DNA of 64,000 nt. It comes from an uncultured Azospirillum sp. GTDB lineage: Bacteria > Pseudomonadota > Alphaproteobacteria > Rickettsiales > UBA3002. The first letter of the stretch is position 1. Every line of letters begins with the position of its first letter. The position numbers were made by a program, and so were the translations under genes. The DNA lies in assembly GCA_964530085.1 (NCBI GenBank), contig CAZGXX010000001.1, positions 239,704 to 303,703 on the forward strand, in the 5' to 3' direction. This document shows, piece after piece, positions 1 through 8,595 of this stretch. The notes beneath the pieces are model-generated. The model was not told the DNA's origin. It worked only from the letters and a program-made list of their open reading frames with translations, and ran no database searches.

Positions 1-1056
1 GAAGATAAACCGAAACTCAAAACCGTAAATGTCGTCACCGCCTCGGCGGAGAAGGCAAAAAAAGCCTACGCCCCCCTCGCCGCGATTGCGGATGCGGTGA
101 CCTTCACCCGCAACATCGTCAGCGAACCGGCGAACGTGATCTATCCTGAAACACTTGCGGCGGAATGTAAGCAGCTCACCAAGCTCGGCGTCACCGTCGA
201 GGTGCTGGGCGAAGCGCAAATGAAGAAGCTCGGCATGGGCGCGCTGCTCGGCGTTGGCCAGGGTTCGGTGCGTGAATCGAAGCTGGTAGTCATGCAATGG
301 CATGGCGGTAAAAAAGGCGCAAAACCCGTCGCGCTCATCGGCAAAGGCGTGACGTTCGACACGGGCGGCATCAGCATCAAACCATCGAACGGCATGGAAG
401 AAATGAAATGGGACATGGCGGGCTCCGCCGCCGTCATCGGCACCATGCGTGCACTCGCCGCGCGTAAGGCGAAGGCCAACGTGGTCGGCATCGTCGGCCT
501 TGTCGAGAATATGCCAGACGGCAACGCGCAACGCCCGGGGGATGTGGTGAAATCCATGTCCGGTCAGACGATCGAAGTCATCAACACCGACGCCGAAGGC
601 CGCCTCGTGCTGGCCGATGCGCTGTGGTACTGCCAGGACCGGTTCAAGCCGCAGGTGATGGTCGACCTCGCGACGCTGACCGGCGCGATCATCGTCTGCC
701 TCGGCTCGCTGAAAGCGGGCTTGTTCAGCAACAACGATAAAGTCGCCGCAAGCCTCGCCGCCGCGGCGGATCGCACCGGCGAAAAAGTCTGGCGCATGCC
801 GCTTGGCGCGGAATACGACGCGATGATCAACTGCGACATCGCCGACATGCAGAACGTGGGCGAAGGGCGCGAGGCTGGTTCCACCACCGCCGCGCAATTC
901 CTCCAGCGCTTCACCAACGATGTGCCGTGGGCGCATCTCGATATCGCGGGCGTGGCGTGGCAGAATAAAATCCGCTTCCCCGTCGCCCCGAAAGGCGCGG
1001 TAGGCTGGGGTGTGCGCCTGCTGAACGACTGGATCAGCGAGAATTACGAAGGCTAA
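1..1056 (+). CDS. pepA: Leucyl aminopeptidase, M17 family (5' end lies upstream of the window)
   Basis: Frame 1 is open from nt 1 into listed ORF 97..1056. M17 motifs [12 protein letters not shown] and [14 protein letters not shown] are present. Confidence 0.93.
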   Translation, partial: EDKPKLKTVNVVTASAEKAKKAYAPLAAIADAVTFTRNIVSEPANVIYPETLAAECKQLTKLGVTVEVLGEAQMKKLGMGALLGVGQGSVRESKLVVMQWHGGKKGAKPVALIGKGVTFDTGGISIKPSNGMEEMKWDMAGSAAVIGTMRALAARKAKANVVGIVGLVENMPDGNAQRPGDVVKSMSGQTIEVINTDAEGRLVLADALWYCQDRFKPQVMVDLATLTGAIIVCLGSLKAGLFSNNDKVAASLAAAADRTGEKVWRMPLGAEYDAMINCDIADMQNVGEGREAGSTTAAQFLQRFTNDVPWAHLDIAGVAWQNKIRFPVAPKGAVGWGVRLLNDWISENYEG

Positions 1057-1523
1057 TGGCCACGACTGTTCAGTTCTATCATCTGCTCTCCACATCCCGC
1101 GAACGCGCGGTGCCGAAGCTGATGGAGAAGGCACTGCGTGCCGGCAATCGTGTCGTCATGATTCTCGACTCTGAGGCCGCGCTCAAAACCATGAGCGACG
1201 CGCTGTGGAGCGCCGACCCGAATGGTTTCCTTCCCCACGGGTCACAGCGCGACGGGCACGAGAAAGAGCAGCCGATTTATTTGTCGCTCACGGATGTGAA
1301 CCCCAACAACGCGGATTTGCTCTGCGTGCTGGATGGTTCATCGCCCGCATCGCTGGCAAATTACGGCAAGGTGCTCGACGTGTTCGACGGCAATAACGAG
1401 GCAGCCACCGCCGCCGCGCGCACGCGTTGGGCGCAATATAAAACCGCTGGCCACGCGCTGCAGTACATTAAACAACAACCCGGCGGCAGCTGGAAGCTGG
1501 AGACGGAAGTCTCTGCAGCTTAG
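1056..1523 (+). CDS. holC: DNA polymerase III chi subunit
   Basis: ATG overlaps the pepA stop (TAATG). The pattern VQFYHL ... ALWS..FLPH ... RWAQYK matches chi. pepA-holC adjacency is common. Confidence 0.8.
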   Translation: MATTVQFYHLLSTSRERAVPKLMEKALRAGNRVVMILDSEAALKTMSDALWSADPNGFLPHGSQRDGHEKEQPIYLSLTDVNPNNADLLCVLDGSSPASLANYGKVLDVFDGNNEAATAAARTRWAQYKTAGHALQYIKQQPGGSWKLETEVSAA

Positions 1524-1747
1524 TGCACCTTCACCATTAGCTTGCTGCGTCGGCGCTTTTCCATTTCTTTCGCGTTCTGCTCCGCGGTCATATCGCGCGG
1601 CGGTTTCGCAGCGGGTGGTGCTGCGGGCACCAGCGGTGGAAGCGCCACTCTCTCATGCGGCGGCTTCGGCGCGTTCATCCGCTGATACAGCACCACCAGC
1701 CATGCGAGCAGCCCGATCATCCCAACAATTATCAACACACGTTTCAT
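1520..1747 (-). CDS. Small membrane-anchored hypothetical protein (Pro/Ala-rich, basic tail)
   Basis: 75-aa ORF with N-terminal TM helix VLIIVGMIGLLAWLVVLY. AAGGAG lies 6 nt upstream of the ATG. Confidence 0.55.
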   Translation of the reverse strand: MKRVLIIVGMIGLLAWLVVLYQRMNAPKPPHERVALPPLVPAAPPAAKPPRDMTAEQNAKEMEKRRRSKLMVKVH

Positions 1748-1757
1748 AGACGCTCCT

Positions 1758-2411
1758 TTACTCTCTTAACCGTGCAACGGTTAGCCCTTCCGGTGTCGGC
1801 AGCAAAATGCTTTCAAAGCGTGATGCATCGGCGAGGGTTTCATTAAAGCGCGTCATCGCGGCGATGGCGGCGGGTTTCGCGGCATCGGGCTGTTCCCCCG
1901 TCAGCGCCCCAAACAACAGCGTGTTGTCGCCGATGATGCATCCGCGCGGCTTCATACGCGGCAAAACGGCATCGAGATAATTCGCGTACCCGGTTTTCTC
2001 CGCGTCGATGAACACGAGGTCATAGGTCGGTGCGAGTGGCTGCGCGGCAAGCCACGCATGCGCATCCGTATGAATAATTTCCACCCGATTTTTGTGCGGG
2101 GATGCTGCAACATGATTCTGCGCTGCTGCAGCATAATCCGCAGCAAATTCGAGCGCGGTGACATGGCCACCGTCGCCCACCCCATCCGCCAGCCACAAGG
2201 TGGATGTGCCCATGAACGTGCCGATCTCAAGCACGCGTTTTACACCCATCATGCGTGTGAGCCAGCTCAGCAGATACCCTTCGTAGGATGAGACTTGCAT
2301 GCCCGGCCTACGCCGCTCCCCCTCTGCACGCGCAGCTTCCACCCACACCGGCTCACGCACGAAGGTGCGGGTGATGTAGTCAAGCGTCGGTGTCGCAGCG
2401 CGGGTTTGCAT
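1758..2411 (-). CDS. Class I SAM-dependent O-methyltransferase (caffeoyl-CoA OMT-like family)
   Basis: SAM motif VLEIGTFMGTSTLWLA, acidic loop VFIDAEK, length 217 aa. Confidence 0.8.
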   Translation of the reverse strand: MQTRAATPTLDYITRTFVREPVWVEAARAEGERRRPGMQVSSYEGYLLSWLTRMMGVKRVLEIGTFMGTSTLWLADGVGDGGHVTALEFAADYAAAAQNHVAASPHKNRVEIIHTDAHAWLAAQPLAPTYDLVFIDAEKTGYANYLDAVLPRMKPRGCIIGDNTLLFGALTGEQPDAAKPAAIAAMTRFNETLADASRFESILLPTPEGLTVARLRE

Positions 2412-2417
2412 GGGGCG

Positions 2418-2452
2418 AGGTTACAGGTTTTAGGTTTCAGCTTCCAGCAAAA
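2418..2452 (-). repeat. Heptanucleotide tandem array (degenerate): AGGTTAC AGGTTTT AGGTTTC AGCTTCC AGCAAAA
   Basis: Read directly. Starts 6 nt upstream of the O-methyltransferase ATG (2411), in the divergent spacer with ycgN. Confidence 0.6.
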
Positions 2453-2469
2453 GCGTTATACTCGCCCCC

Positions 2470-2877
2470 ATGAAACAACCCGCGTTCCTCCAAAAACCGA
2501 TCGAGAGAATGACCGACGCCGAGTGGGAATCGCTCTGCGACGGCTGCGGCCTCTGCTGCCAGATCCGCGTGGAGGACGAAGATACGGGCGCGATTGCACT
2601 GAGCAATGTGGCGTGCCGGTATTTATGCTTGAACAGTCACCAATGCACCGACTACGCCAACCGGCAGAAGAACGTGCCGGACTGCATCAAGGTGACGCCA
2701 GAAAACGTGCATGAGCTGACATGGCTGCCTGCGACCTGCGGCTATCGGCTGGTGGCGCGGGGCGAGAAATTACCGCGCTGGCATCACCTCATTTCGGGGG
2801 ACAAAACCCGCGTGCATCGTTATGGCCCCTCGATGAAGGGCAGCATCATTTCTGAAGACGACGCGGACTGGCAGTAG
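2470..2877 (+). CDS. ycgN: YcgN/UPF0260 cysteine-cluster protein
   Basis: WESLCDGCGLCC ... CRYL ... CTDY ... LPATCGYR pattern typical of the family. Confidence 0.8.
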   Translation: MKQPAFLQKPIERMTDAEWESLCDGCGLCCQIRVEDEDTGAIALSNVACRYLCLNSHQCTDYANRQKNVPDCIKVTPENVHELTWLPATCGYRLVARGEKLPRWHHLISGDKTRVHRYGPSMKGSIISEDDADWQ

Positions 2878-2882
2878 CGCGG

Positions 2883-3347
2883 TTAGTTATGCCCCTCGGA
2901 GGATTCCACCGGTGGTGGGGCGCTGCGCTTACTCTCGCTCGAGGGCTTTTGGCCGTTCACATATGGCTCGCCATGAAATTTTTTGCTCTCCCAGTCTACC
3001 GGTGCCTCGTTTCTATTGTTCTCGGCGCGTTCGTGACGTCTCTTTTTATGAATGAAGGCACTTGTTGAACTGCCATCTTCGTGGGTGAATGCGCTGCGTG
3101 GCTTGCCATTTTTGTCACTGAACGCGCTTCTTTTCTTATCAATGGCACTACGGGGATTTCCCTCTTTATCGATAAAGGCGCTTTTTTTCTTATCAAACGC
3201 GCTCCGCTGCTTACCATCTTTATTGGTGAAGGCGCTGATGGGAACATCTTTGGCAGGAGATTCTTGAGGTGTCTCTGGCAATGTTGGGGCGGCCGATGCA
3301 GCGAGGCTGAAGAATGTTACCACGAAAAAAATCTGAACGCGCATCAT
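2883..3347 (-). CDS. Secreted basic protein with tandem SAF-x-DK-x-G-x-x-R repeats (unknown function)
   Basis: Start moved to ATGATG at 3347, which has AAGGGAG upstream. Signal peptide MMRVQIFFVVTFFSLAASA. About seven SAF-initiated repeats. Lower G+C. Confidence 0.6.
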   Translation of the reverse strand: MMRVQIFFVVTFFSLAASAAPTLPETPQESPAKDVPISAFTNKDGKQRSAFDKKKSAFIDKEGNPRSAIDKKRSAFSDKNGKPRSAFTHEDGSSTSAFIHKKRRHERAENNRNEAPVDWESKKFHGEPYVNGQKPSSESKRSAPPPVESSEGHN

Positions 3348-3379
3348 AAAGGCTCCCTTTTTGCTAGACTCACTATACA

Positions 3380-3423
3380 CCAAAAGAAAGGGCGATGAAA
3401 GCCTGACTTCCACCGCCCTTGCG
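3380..3423 (-). terminator. Rho-independent terminator after the 3442..3744 gene
   Basis: Minus-strand AAGGGCG-GU-GGAAG-UCAGG-CUUUC-AU-CGCCCUU followed by UCUUUUGG. Confidence 0.6.
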
Positions 3424-3441
3424 CTTACATTAGGCTAGAAA

Positions 3442-3744
3442 CTAGCGCTTCTCTACCGCGCGGGTGCTTGTGGTGCCCGGGTAGGTGTAGCGGTCGTTTT
3501 TATTGTGGTTGCAGGATTTTTTCATCGCAGCTTTTTTCTTCGCTTTCTTTGCCGGTGCGGCAGGATGGTCGCTTGCAGCGTCTTTTGCTTTCTCAGTCGA
3601 TTTTTCAGCCTTTTTCTCAGTAACAACAGCCTCTTTTTTGACTTCAGCCGCGGCTTCTTCTGGCTTTTTCGACGAACGTGCGAACGAGGCATCCGCTGCA
3701 ACAACGAGCGAGAGCGCAACGAGGCAGGATAGGAAACGATTCAT
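3442..3744 (-). CDS. Secreted Lys/Ala/Glu-rich small protein (unknown function)
   Basis: Signal peptide MNRFLSCLVALSLVVAADA. GGAG lies 7 nt upstream of the ATG. A terminator-like hairpin follows. Confidence 0.55.
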   Translation of the reverse strand: MNRFLSCLVALSLVVAADASFARSSKKPEEAAAEVKKEAVVTEKKAEKSTEKAKDAASDHPAAPAKKAKKKAAMKKSCNHNKNDRYTYPGTTSTRAVEKR

Positions 3745-3837
3745 TGAGTAACTCCATGGGGTAAGGTGAATGTAACAGCCCGCTTATACCAGAAGATGCG
3801 CGGGTGACAAGCCCAACAAATCGGGTAGAGTGTGTGC

Positions 3838-5136
3838 ATGAGCAACCTCTACCATATTCTCGGCTTTATTCCGGCGACGGAAGCGTGGGAAATGCTGCCC
3901 GCGCGCGAGGCGCTGGCACGGCGGCTGGTGGAATCCGGCAAGCTGCGGGTGAATGCGGATACCGAGCGCAACTTCGTGCGCCTCGGCGCCACGGCGAGCG
4001 ACAAAACCCTCACCGCGCGCGAGCTGACGGACCCCAAACTCGCCGCCGCCACCCGCGCCGAACTCGCGCGCCATGTCGCCCCGGCGGAGGGTGAGGACGG
4101 TTTTGCGCGGCTCTATGCGCGGCTGATGGAGGACCTCAAAAAAGCGCGCGGCGTGGCGGCGGAAAAAGAAATGAAGGTCGCGCGCGTGCTGGTGCAATCC
4201 GCCGAACCGGAAGTGATTGAGCTCTTGCTCGCCAGCGGCACGGAAGTGTTTGTGTCCTATTCCCACAATGTGAGCGATTTGATGGCGGTGCATGAATGGC
4301 AAACGAACGGCATGGCCAGCGGCATGCAGGCCACCGGCAGCGAGGGCACCGCAGTGTTTGTTTCCGCCGGGGGCGACCCGTTTTTCGAGGGCGAGCAAAA
4401 GCACTACGTGACGGATGGCTTCCCCGCACTCGCGCGCATGGTCGTTATCGCCGGGCAGGAGTTGGGGCATTTTGCGGATTTACGCCGCACGAAGCGCGGC
4501 ATCATGGGGCGCCATTCCACAGACCCGCATCACAGTGCGCTGCGCGCCACACCCGCCGCGCGCGATGGGCGGTTGGCCGATATGCGCAATGTGGCGGCAC
4601 TGGCCGAGAGCTATCACCGCGCCGGGCTGGCGGGATTGCGCCGAGCAGAAACCGGCGTCGCGTTTTATGTGCAACGGAAGATGCGCTTCAGCCCGCCCTG
4701 GATCTTTTACCAACTCTGGAGGCTTGCCGCCTGGACGGGCTTTGTGCTGCAGAGTCGTTCGACTGGTAACCATCTGAAATTAAAAATTTATCCCTATCAT
4801 CGGCTGGGCAATGCGACGACGCTGTTTCTGGCCGATATGGCCTTCAACCTCGCGCCGGACGCGGATGTGTATCGCCACCCCGACCCGCTGGTCGAGGAGG
4901 CGATCGCCGTTATCGAGGCCGTCGCCCGCGTGCCGCAGCAGGTGCATAAATGGGGGCATGCGGCAGTGGCGCTGGCCTGGCCGAACCTTTATCGCTTTTA
5001 TTACGAAACAGTTATGCCTGCCAACCGCGCCACGCTGGGCGCTGCGCTCAAATATACAGAAAAAACATCAATATTACAAAAGCTTATGATTTTTCTCCGC
5101 CGCGCGCGCAGCAACAAGCCCGGCTGGTATCCGTAA
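3838..5136 (+). CDS. Hypothetical protein (about 433 aa, no family recognised)
   Basis: Long ORF with G/C-biased third codon positions. ATG at 3838, two codons inside the listed GTG start at 3832. The antisense ORF 3784..4470 is Arg/His-rich shadow. Confidence 0.6.
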   Translation: MSNLYHILGFIPATEAWEMLPAREALARRLVESGKLRVNADTERNFVRLGATASDKTLTARELTDPKLAAATRAELARHVAPAEGEDGFARLYARLMEDLKKARGVAAEKEMKVARVLVQSAEPEVIELLLASGTEVFVSYSHNVSDLMAVHEWQTNGMASGMQATGSEGTAVFVSAGGDPFFEGEQKHYVTDGFPALARMVVIAGQELGHFADLRRTKRGIMGRHSTDPHHSALRATPAARDGRLADMRNVAALAESYHRAGLAGLRRAETGVAFYVQRKMRFSPPWIFYQLWRLAAWTGFVLQSRSTGNHLKLKIYPYHRLGNATTLFLADMAFNLAPDADVYRHPDPLVEEAIAVIEAVARVPQQVHKWGHAAVALAWPNLYRFYYETVMPANRATLGAALKYTEKTSILQKLMIFLRRARSNKPGWYP

Positions 5137-5238
5137 CCCACGTCATTCCCCGAATCGCGCAGCGATTATAGGGAATCCACAGAAAAGATGGATCGCCCTA
5201 TAGTTTGCAAGGGCAAACTCGGGCGATGACGGGTGGGG
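5137..5238 (+). other. Structured element of about 100 nt: outer stem plus three overlapping hairpins (possible RNA switch, processing site or MITE-like repeat)
   Basis: H1 at 5146-5175, H2 at 5167-5202 and H3 at 5192-5227 share arms. An outer stem pairs CCCACGTCAT (5137-5146) with ATGACGggTGGG (5226-5237). Begins right after the stop codon at 5134-5136. Confidence 0.4.
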
Positions 5239-5294
5239 AGTCCATCCATCGCAGAATGTTAAAAATGTGACAAAAATACAAAATAAATGGCCGA

Positions 5295-5312
5295 TTGTCA
5301 CAAAACCGTCAC
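5295..5312 (+). promoter_or_regulatory. Pho-box-like direct repeat TTGTCAC-AAAA-CCGTCAC, with candidate -10 TAGGAT at 5323-5328
   Basis: 11-bp-period direct repeat resembling CTGTCATA(A/T)A(T/A)CTGTCA(C/T). 10 nt to the -10-like hexamer and 38 nt upstream of the GTG at 5351. Confidence 0.3.
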
Positions 5313-5350
5313 ATAGTTTTGCTAGGATGTAAGGTGAAAGAGAGTCATTT

Positions 5351-7399
5351 GTGGCGAAGACACAAGCAGAGCTAGAGGAAGAAGAGCGCAATAAAGGCAT
5401 TATGGGCTTTTTGCGCGGCCTCAACCCGTTCAGCGGCGACGGCGGCGGGTTTGGCCTCGGCTCGATTTTCATGATGCTGCTAGTGGTGACGGGTGTGTAT
5501 TTCCTCGCCCGCAATGACGGTGTACAAGATTTTATCGGCAAGTGGCTTGACGACGACGGCAAGCCCGGAAGCGGCAAAGAGAAGGTCGCCGATTTCATGG
5601 AAACCATCAACGCAGGCATTGCAAGCAAGATGCCATGGCTTGCCAAGCTGCTGCATATTGAAGGTGCCGATTTAGATTTGTATGACCACAGCACGCCCGA
5701 GAAAAAGAAAGAATTGCTCGTGAAGAACGAGATGCCGGAAGCAGCGGCGACGCTGATCGCCAACGAAGCGGATTTTGTGCAGCTGGCCAAAGACGCCAAT
5801 GGTGGCGCGGTGAGTGCGGATAATCTGCTCAACGATAAAACCATGATGGCGCTGCTGACAAAAAAACCAGACTTCGTGAAGAAGCTGGTGCCGCTGCTGA
5901 TGCCAGTAAAGGGAGGCGCCGCGCCGACGGATAAACAAAAAGAACAGCAGGCGAAAATTATTGCGTCGCTACAAACAATGATGACAGAAGAAAACATCGC
6001 CACGTTGTTTAATGCAACAAACCGCAAAAACACGATTGCGATTCTGGCGGCAATGACCCCGGGCAAAACGCCAGAGCAGATGGACAAAGAGATCACCGCG
6101 CTGTGCGACAAGAATGGTGCGCCCACCGCTGCTCTCACCACCATGCTGAGCACGATGCTGACGCCGGGTGAGGAAGGTGCAGTAGCGCCCGATGCAACGG
6201 CGACCGCAAAAAAAATCCTCAACGATCCGAATGCTTCAGTAGAAGTGAAAAAACAACTCGCCAATGCCGCGCTCGCCGACCCTGAGAAACTGGTGGGCGC
6301 TGCGAACGTCGTGCCTTTTAATGTGTTGATGGGTGGGCTCGGCGAACAAAAAGCACAGGAATTCGTTCTGATCGCGGCAAACGAGGATAAAACAGCACGC
6401 GATACCGCCATTAAGGCTTTCGTGATGCAAAAAGACACGCTGCCGCTGTTTAAAGTATTCGCCGATACGGCCAATATCGCGGCATTGCCGCCCGAAATGC
6501 AACAACCGATTAGCAAACTAAAAGAGGTCGATCCCAAGGCAATCGACAAACTGAGCGAGATCGCCGGAAACGGTGTTGACCCGCTGAAGCTGAACGCCAT
6601 TTTCAGCCAACCCACCTCTATGGGCGTGCTGATGCAGTTGATGAATGCGGACAACCGCGCGCTGTTGCGCCAAGCCGGTACGGACAAGGTGATTGCGCTT
6701 CTTCCGAGCACGCTCACCCCTGAGACAAAAGCCCTGCTCACGAAGCACAACCTCGATGTGCTGCTTTCGGCGGCAGATGTTATCGGCGCGCGCGCCAAGG
6801 CGCTGGATACGCAGGGAAGTACGAACGGATCGATTGTCGCGATCCCTGTGCTTAAGGCATTTATGGAACTGATGCAGAAGAAGCCGGATTCGTTCCAAAC
6901 GCTTTCTGCCTCTACGATTTCGACGTTCTTTGCCGATGACCAATATGATAAAGGAATGCGCATTCTGGTGAAAGGGCTCGCGCTTCCGAAAGGATCAAGC
7001 GATGCGGCGCTGCTCTCTTCGTTGCAATTCAGCTGGGGCACGTCCACACCAGACGATAAGCGTGCAAAGCCTTCAGCGCGCGATGGCGAAGGCCTCGCCG
7101 AAGTGCTTGCCGATGAGAAGAGCATGCAGGTGCTGCTTGAGTATATGAAGACGGATACAGTGAAGGAACGTAATTCCAATATCGCATATGGTTGGGCTAA
7201 TAAAATACATGGCGAAAGCTTGTTGCATTATTATCTGTATAAAGATTCGCACGCGCCTGCGGAAATCAGAGAGAATGCGGTATACATAGAAAAAGCGATT
7301 GCGGCTTTCTCGGCTGCGGGTGTGAGCCTGACGGGCAGCGCCTCTATCCCTGCCAAGCAGCAATCCTCGTATAACGCCGTTGGCGTCGGCGACAAGTAA
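5351..7399 (+). CDS. Membrane-anchored large hypothetical protein (682 aa, helical, K/E/A/L-rich)
   Basis: GTG start. One N-terminal TM helix, FGLGSIFMMLLVVTGVYFLA. The antisense 678-aa ORF is Ser/Ala low-complexity shadow. Confidence 0.65.
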   Translation: MAKTQAELEEEERNKGIMGFLRGLNPFSGDGGGFGLGSIFMMLLVVTGVYFLARNDGVQDFIGKWLDDDGKPGSGKEKVADFMETINAGIASKMPWLAKLLHIEGADLDLYDHSTPEKKKELLVKNEMPEAAATLIANEADFVQLAKDANGGAVSADNLLNDKTMMALLTKKPDFVKKLVPLLMPVKGGAAPTDKQKEQQAKIIASLQTMMTEENIATLFNATNRKNTIAILAAMTPGKTPEQMDKEITALCDKNGAPTAALTTMLSTMLTPGEEGAVAPDATATAKKILNDPNASVEVKKQLANAALADPEKLVGAANVVPFNVLMGGLGEQKAQEFVLIAANEDKTARDTAIKAFVMQKDTLPLFKVFADTANIAALPPEMQQPISKLKEVDPKAIDKLSEIAGNGVDPLKLNAIFSQPTSMGVLMQLMNADNRALLRQAGTDKVIALLPSTLTPETKALLTKHNLDVLLSAADVIGARAKALDTQGSTNGSIVAIPVLKAFMELMQKKPDSFQTLSASTISTFFADDQYDKGMRILVKGLALPKGSSDAALLSSLQFSWGTSTPDDKRAKPSARDGEGLAEVLADEKSMQVLLEYMKTDTVKERNSNIAYGWANKIHGESLLHYYLYKDSHAPAEIRENAVYIEKAIAAFSAAGVSLTGSASIPAKQQSSYNAVGVGDK

Positions 7400-7482
7400 G
7401 ATGCTGCCAATTCACTAAATTCTCCTGAATAACTAACGCGTTTGCTTGCGCCCCGCGCGCGCGCGGAGTATTACTCGCGCGT

Positions 7483-8595
7483 ATGCGCCAGTATGAACGC
7501 TATTTATTTTCGCATTTGCTATGGCCCACGGTGCTCATCACCGTCAGCCTGACGGGCATCGTGTGGCTGACGCAGGTGCTGCGCTTTCTCGATTTTATTC
7601 TCAATCGCGGCCTGTCGCTGGCGGATTTTCTCTACCTCACCGGCCTGATGCTGCCGTCGTTGCTGCTGATTCTCATGCCGATCACGCTCACCATTGCGGT
7701 GATTTATACTTACAACAAGCTGACGGTGGAGAGTGAGCTGGTCGTGCTCGGCGCGGTTGGCGTGAGCAAAGGGCAGCTGGCTAAACCCGCGCTGATGCTG
7801 GCGGGCATGTGTGTGGTGCTTTGCTATGCGCTGGCGCTTTACATCACACCGATGGCGAACCAGCGCTTCCGCGATATTCGCGCGTTATTCCGCGATAAAT
7901 ACGCCTCGGTGCTGCTGGAGGAGGAAGTGTTCAACAACCCGGTCGATGGGGTGACGGTGTTCGTGCGTGCGCGTGATGCCAAGAATAATCTTGGCGGCAT
8001 TATTCTGCACGATAACCGAAATCCGGCAGAGACAACTACCCTGATCGCCGAGCGTGGACGCCTAGAGCAAACCGAGGCGGGCCCGCGCTTCTATTTGCAG
8101 CAGGGCATGCGCCAGCAGCGCAAGGACGGTATCATCAGTTGGCTCAAGTTTGATGACTACGCGGTCGATATTGCCTTCTACGGCGTCGCCGGAGAACGTA
8201 AGCGCAGTATCGAGGAGCTTGGTACCGGCGCGCTGTTTGCTGCGCGCGAGGGTCTAAGCGAGAAGGAGATCGGCGCCTACCGGGCGGAGGCGACACAGCG
8301 CCTGACATGGCCGCTGCTCGCACTGGCGTTGCCGCTGTTCGCGCTCGCCGTGATGTTCAGCAGTGAGTTCAATCGCCGTGGTCAGGCGAAGCGAATGATA
8401 GCCATCGCGGTGAGTATTACGCTGATGGTGGTGACGTATTTTGCGTTGCGGAACCTGACGGTGAAACACGCGATGCTCACACCGCTTACCTATCTGCTAG
8501 TGCTCGGCGTGGCAGCAGCAAGCGCGCAGGTGATTCTGCGCGGACGCGCGCCGCGCGTGCCGCCGATGATCGCCACATTCCGGGGGGCGAATTGA
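7483..8595 (+). CDS. lptF: LPS export ABC permease LptF (YjgP/YjgQ family)
   Basis: Six-TM permease of the YjgP/YjgQ type, paired with a paralogue and followed by lptD. Confidence 0.85.
   Translation: MRQYERYLFSHLLWPTVLITVSLTGIVWLTQVLRFLDFILNRGLSLADFLYLTGLMLPSLLLILMPITLTIAVIYTYNKLTVESELVVLGAVGVSKGQLAKPALMLAGMCVVLCYALALYITPMANQRFRDIRALFRDKYASVLLEEEVFNNPVDGVTVFVRARDAKNNLGGIILHDNRNPAETTTLIAERGRLEQTEAGPRFYLQQGMRQQRKDGIISWLKFDDYAVDIAFYGVAGERKRSIEELGTGALFAAREGLSEKEIGAYRAEATQRLTWPLLALALPLFALAVMFSSEFNRRGQAKRMIAIAVSITLMVVTYFALRNLTVKHAMLTPLTYLLVLGVAAASAQVILRGRAPRVPPMIATFRGAN

Noticed and set aside
3784-4470. 228-aa ORF on the minus strand
   Set aside because: Arg/His/Ala-rich and antisense to the 3838..5136 ORF, which has the expected G/C third-position bias.
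4456-4470. QELGH in the 433-aa hypothetical protein as a zincin HExxH metalloprotease motif
   Set aside because: The first His is replaced by Gln and I could identify no third ligand or surrounding family signature. This is too weak to call.
5266-5302. TGTGACA ... TGTCACA as a CRP/FNR-type site
   Set aside because: The half-sites are 23 nt apart instead of the TGTGA-N6-TCACA geometry. I retained only the direct-repeat (Pho-box-like) interpretation, at low confidence.
5143-7179. 678-aa ORF on the minus strand
   Set aside because: Ser/Ala/Phe low-complexity translation lying exactly antisense to the better-supported 5351..7399 gene. This is a typical shadow ORF.
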